From positions 1-20,774 of the forward strand of contig CBFFRQ010000106.1 in the NCBI GenBank assembly GCA_965644315.1: a stretch of DNA of 20,774 nucleotides. Reading direction: 5' to 3'. The number at the start of each line of letters is the position of its first letter. The stretch's first letter is position 1. The notes under the pieces were generated by a model. The model was given only the letters and a program-made list of their open reading frames with translations. It was not told the origin of the DNA and did no database searches. This document shows, piece after piece, positions 17,223 through 20,774 of this stretch. This DNA is from Caecitellus pseudoparvulus. Its lineage: Eukaryota; Protista; Bigyra: Bicosoecida. Made by a program: the position numbers and the translations under genes.

Positions 17223-20200
17223 CTACAGGAACCTGTACCAGTTCTTCCGAGACACTGCCGTGACGTATCGCATGCACAGGAATCGGAAGGCAAGCCAGAA
17301 CTCCCGGTATGCCTTGAGCTTGTCCATGGCCCGTTTCAGCAGGCGCGGGGAGGTTGTGGAGGCGAGCAGGGTTTCTGAGTGTTCTTTGCCGTGCACGAGG
17401 ACGTCAATGACCACTTCCATGCCCCCCCAGAAGCCCACACACCGACTGAGAAGCTCGTCCACCGCTTTCAGGGCGCCCAAGGCCCTGAAGAGGGCGTCTG
17501 CTTCTTCGGGGGACAGGTGCAAGTTTGGCAGGCCACCTGCTGCGCCTGGTTGATGCTGAACGAGGGCGTTCTCTGGAGACCAGGGCTGGGCGGTGGCGCC
17601 CCGCGCCCATGATGGCCGCTCTGTCGACTCGTGCGCCTTGGCTTGCGGCTGTGCTGCCGGTCCTCGGTCTGCCTCGCTCGTGTGCACGCTGACAGTGGAG
17701 TCTTGGCGCACGCTACTCAGGTCGATGGGCACACCCGATGCGAAGAGCGCAGCAGTGTCGGCGGAGGAGGCAGTGCCAGAGCGGTTCAAGCGCAGGGCCT
17801 CTGGTGTCCCAACATCTTTGCGCGCGGCCAGCAGGGGGGAAATGTCCGGCGTGCCCGCTGACTGCGCCGGCGCAGAGGTTGCTGGCACGTATCCTGCTGC
17901 CAGAGGGGATGGGAGGTCAACAAGGGGTGGCGAAGAGGAGCCAGGATCGGGCTCCCCTCCACTGCCTAGCGTTTGCCCCGTTGATTGCGTGTTGCCGGTG
18001 TGCTGGCGAGCAATGCCAGGGGAGAGCCCTCCACCTGCCAACGCTCCAGGGCCAGGTGCCACGCCTGTACCTGCGGAAACTGGCTCCACGCCCGTGCCGC
18101 CACTCGTGTGGACACCTGCGTCTGTGCCTGCGCCAAGCCCAGTTCCAGGCCCTGCGGGCGCAGCGGGGGCAGAGGGAGGTGCAAAAGCAGACGTGCCGGC
18201 CATCGCACCCAGCAGCGTGCCTGGCGGGCCCTGCACGTCGCTGTGCGCAGTTTGTGCAGCGGAAGACCAGCCAAAGCCCCGGCTCGCGTCCATGGGCTTT
18301 GGCGACGGCATGGGCAGGGGGCTGTCTTGGCCTGATTCAGTTGGCGCACCCATGCCCTGCAGGATGTTGCGGGCCCTGCGCAGTTCGTCAGGGCCTGGGG
18401 AAGGCTTCGCCTGCCCGGACAGCAGCGCTGCCAGCGCGTCGGCGTTTGTCGCGACATCCACGGGGTTGTACAGCATGCCGACACGGTCATCGGTGCTGAA
18501 AACGGAGCCCGATGGTGAGCCGTCCCCTGTGCCGGCAAGGGCAGTGCCAGGTGAGTGGGGAGCAGCATGACGAGCTTGCAGCATGAGGGAGGTGGAGGGG
18601 CGTCCATCTGCAAGGGCTCTGCGGTTGCCACTAGCCGACAGGCGCCTGCCAGCGGCATCTGTGGCTGAATCCCGCACTGCCCGTGCACTCTCCAGGGACA
18701 TCTGCACATCCATGACTATCTGCGAGTAGCCTTCTTGGATGCCGATGCTCTCGGTGCGCAGGCGCTGCACCCACTGCTGCAGTCGGGAGAACAACGCCTT
18801 GGTCCCGGGTAAGTCTCGGTCTTCCACGGCGACGTTGAGGTCGTCGAGGACCTGCAGCACGCTGCCGGCTTTGTCCTTGAAACCTGTGATGATGTTCGTC
18901 ACCTTGGCTTGCAGGGTGCGGCACTCCACGGCGTGGTGCCGCACGGCGCCGGACGCGGCCGGCATGCGGCGCAGGCTGGCATGGGCCTCTGCAAAGTGCA
19001 GCGCGATGCTGCGCTGCAGGGCGAACAGGGCATCCAGGTCCATGCTCTTGCTGACCGTGAGCAGCATGGGAATGGACACACCTGCCATGCCCGCTGGGCC
19101 GGCCGGCACCAGCGCCACGCCATCTGACGACACAGCGCCAGCCTGCCCTGGCACAGGCATGGTGGATGACGTGTGCAGACCAGCCTGCGCCGTGCCCGTG
19201 CTGGGTGATGCGTCAGGTGGGGCTGTGCGCGCGCCTGCCACTGGCGCGCTGCTGCTGCCCTCCCCCTCTTCACTTGCATCCCCTCGCTTTGGTGGATGGC
19301 CAGCCAACCAAGGGTGTGCCAGGCACTCCTGGACAGACCAGCGCTGCGCGGGGTCCACCGTCAGCATGTGGGAGATGATGTCCTGGGCGCCAGCGGAGAT
19401 GTGAGTCCACACAGGTGGCGCAAAGCGGAAGGTGCCCGCCTTGATGCGTGCCTCCCATCCGGACGTGTCACCTGGGTGTGCCGCGTCGTCAAAGGGCAAG
19501 TACCCGGCCAGCATGGCAAACAAGGTCACGCCCACACTCCACACATCCACTTTAGTGCCGTACCGCCCAGCGCCTTCCCGCGCGAAGAGAATCTCAGGTG
19601 CCACGTACTGTGGCGACCCGACAAAAGTGCTGGCTCCAGCACCGGCCAGCATGCGCGACGTGCCAAAGTCAGCGAGCTTCACGTTGAGCATGGGCTCTGG
19701 GGCACTGTGGGGGTTGCTGGCGGGGCGCTGGGTGGATCCGAACACCAAGATGTTTTCCGGCTTGATGTCCCGGTGCACCACCTCGCGCCGGTGCATGAAG
19801 GCCAGTGCGGAGAGCACTTGCCACACGACGTGGCGTGCCTGGGCTTCGGAGAAGTTGCCCGAGGCGAGGATGGAGTCGAACAACTCGCCGCCCTGCGCCA
19901 GCTCTGTGACGGAGAAGATGGCTTCCTCCTGCTGCGAGAAGTACACGTCATAGAGCGTGATGATGTGGGGGTGCCTCAGGGATGACAGGATGCGCACTTC
20001 CTCCAGCAGTCGATCTGAGTCGAAGGATGCGCTGAGGCGGAAGCGGTGCGTGTCAATGCACTTGACCGCGCGCACGTCCCCCGTGGCCAGGTGCCGGCAC
20101 TTGCGCACGACAGAGAAGGTACCTCTGCCGATGCTCTCCAGCATCTCGTAGTCGTCTGTGAAAGGGCGGTCCCGCACCACTTCCAGGGGGGTGCTCTCCA

Positions 20201-20774
20201 CGCCAATGGGGGCCTCCTCGCCACCGCCACTTTGCCTGGCGCTGGAAAAGCCATGTCCGCCACGACCACTGTGCCCTGAGAAGCTGCCTGCCACCCCAGT
20301 GCCTTGCAAAGCGGGTGACAAGACTTCCTCAGACGTGGGTTCGCGGCGCACGCCAATGCGCAGGGAGGAAATGTCCGAGCGGGCACTGCCCACACTGCCG
20401 TGCGTGGAAAGACTGGGTCGTTTCGGCGTCGTTTCATGCTCTCCACGTGTGGACCCTGTCCGGCTGGCGGGGGACTTGGCAGACGGCGAATTGCCCGTCA
20501 CAGGCCACGTTATCTCACTTATCTCAGATTGGTGGGTGCCCTGCCTGATGCCACGCCCACTTGCAGGGGATGCCTGGGCATACCCGTCTGCCCTTCCACC
20601 TCCGCTGCTTTGCACACCACAAGCCGACGCAGCGGAGCTGCTCAAGCCATCTGAAGGACACCGCACGTCGTCAGAGTCGAGTGATTTCACTCTGGGGGCA
20701 GGGGGGTGCAGTGGGGGCAGCGCTGGGCGCCGTCGCTCGCCCTCCTCGTCTTCCTCCTCGCCTCTCTGCGCTGC
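17223..20774 (-). CDS. CAMK-group Ser/Thr protein kinase (CaMK1/Chk2-like), 5'-truncated by the window edge
   Basis: Kinase domain 20150-19305: IGRGTFSVV, AVK, HPHI, GGELFD, HRDIKPEN, DFG, GSPQYVAPE, DVWSVG, HPWL. The ORF-track start at 20690 is GTG and the frame stays open to 20774. The long C-terminus has helical segments and G/P/A/S-rich linkers. Confidence 0.92.
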   Translation of the reverse strand, partial: AAQRGEEEDEEGERRRPALPPLHPPAPRVKSLDSDDVRCPSDGLSSSAASACGVQSSGGGRADGYAQASPASGRGIRQGTHQSEISEITWPVTGNSPSAKSPASRTGSTRGEHETTPKRPSLSTHGSVGSARSDISSLRIGVRREPTSEEVLSPALQGTGVAGSFSGHSGRGGHGFSSARQSGGGEEAPIGVESTPLEVVRDRPFTDDYEMLESIGRGTFSVVRKCRHLATGDVRAVKCIDTHRFRLSASFDSDRLLEEVRILSSLRHPHIITLYDVYFSQQEEAIFSVTELAQGGELFDSILASGNFSEAQARHVVWQVLSALAFMHRREVVHRDIKPENILVFGSTQRPASNPHSAPEPMLNVKLADFGTSRMLAGAGASTFVGSPQYVAPEILFAREGAGRYGTKVDVWSVGVTLFAMLAGYLPFDDAAHPGDTSGWEARIKAGTFRFAPPVWTHISAGAQDIISHMLTVDPAQRWSVQECLAHPWLAGHPPKRGDASEEGEGSSSAPVAGARTAPPDASPSTGTAQAGLHTSSTMPVPGQAGAVSSDGVALVPAGPAGMAGVSIPMLLTVSKSMDLDALFALQRSIALHFAEAHASLRRMPAASGAVRHHAVECRTLQAKVTNIITGFKDKAGSVLQVLDDLNVAVEDRDLPGTKALFSRLQQWVQRLRTESIGIQEGYSQIVMDVQMSLESARAVRDSATDAAGRRLSASGNRRALADGRPSTSLMLQARHAAPHSPGTALAGTGDGSPSGSVFSTDDRVGMLYNPVDVATNADALAALLSGQAKPSPGPDELRRARNILQGMGAPTESGQDSPLPMPSPKPMDASRGFGWSSAAQTAHSDVQGPPGTLLGAMAGTSAFAPPSAPAAPAGPGTGLGAGTDAGVHTSGGTGVEPVSAGTGVAPGPGALAGGGLSPGIARQHTGNTQSTGQTLGSGGEPDPGSSSPPLVDLPSPLAAGYVPATSAPAQSAGTPDISPLLAARKDVGTPEALRLNRSGTASSADTAALFASGVPIDLSSVRQDSTVSVHTSEADRGPAAQPQAKAHESTERPSWARGATAQPWSPENALVQHQPGAAGGLPNLHLSPEEADALFRALGALKAVDELLSRCVGFWGGMEVVIDVLVHGKEHSETLLASTTSPRLLKRAMDKLKAYREFWLAFRFLCMRYVTAVSRKNWYRFL

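Noticed and set aside
17593-19985. Plus-strand ORFs of 200-325 aa opposite the kinase
   Set aside because: These are antisense shadows of a GC-rich coding sequence.

Overview
GC-rich eukaryotic (protist-like, probably intron-poor) genomic DNA. I saw no prokaryotic operon structure, RNA genes or CRISPR arrays. Left to right: (i) the possible 5' end of a minus-strand gene (ATG followed by a 100-nt GT-AG intron); (ii) a 1199-aa minus-strand protein combining a mitochondrial-presequence-like N-terminus, a 33-bp charged repeat, a P-loop NTPase and a C-terminal PD-(D/E)xK-like nuclease, which is the Crinkler/RHS (CR) effector architecture; (iii) an orphan fragment of an FN3-like/Cys-rich surface protein; (iv) a DDE transposase with a DxxH motif (Mutator/ISL3-like group); (v) two convergently transcribed paralogous genes built from non-canonical 38-aa (114-bp) ankyrin-like repeats (6 and 32 units); (vi) a 5'-truncated CAMK-group Ser/Thr kinase. 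The most notable signal is the ankyrin-like family. Its arrays show homogenised framework tracts next to divergent specificity-like cassettes, block-wise and non-adjacent repeat shuffling, and a 21-aa C-terminal motif under clear purifying selection. With the neighbouring CR nuclease and transposase, this suggests a candidate diversifying recognition/conflict locus. All family assignments come from reading motifs by eye, not from database searches.
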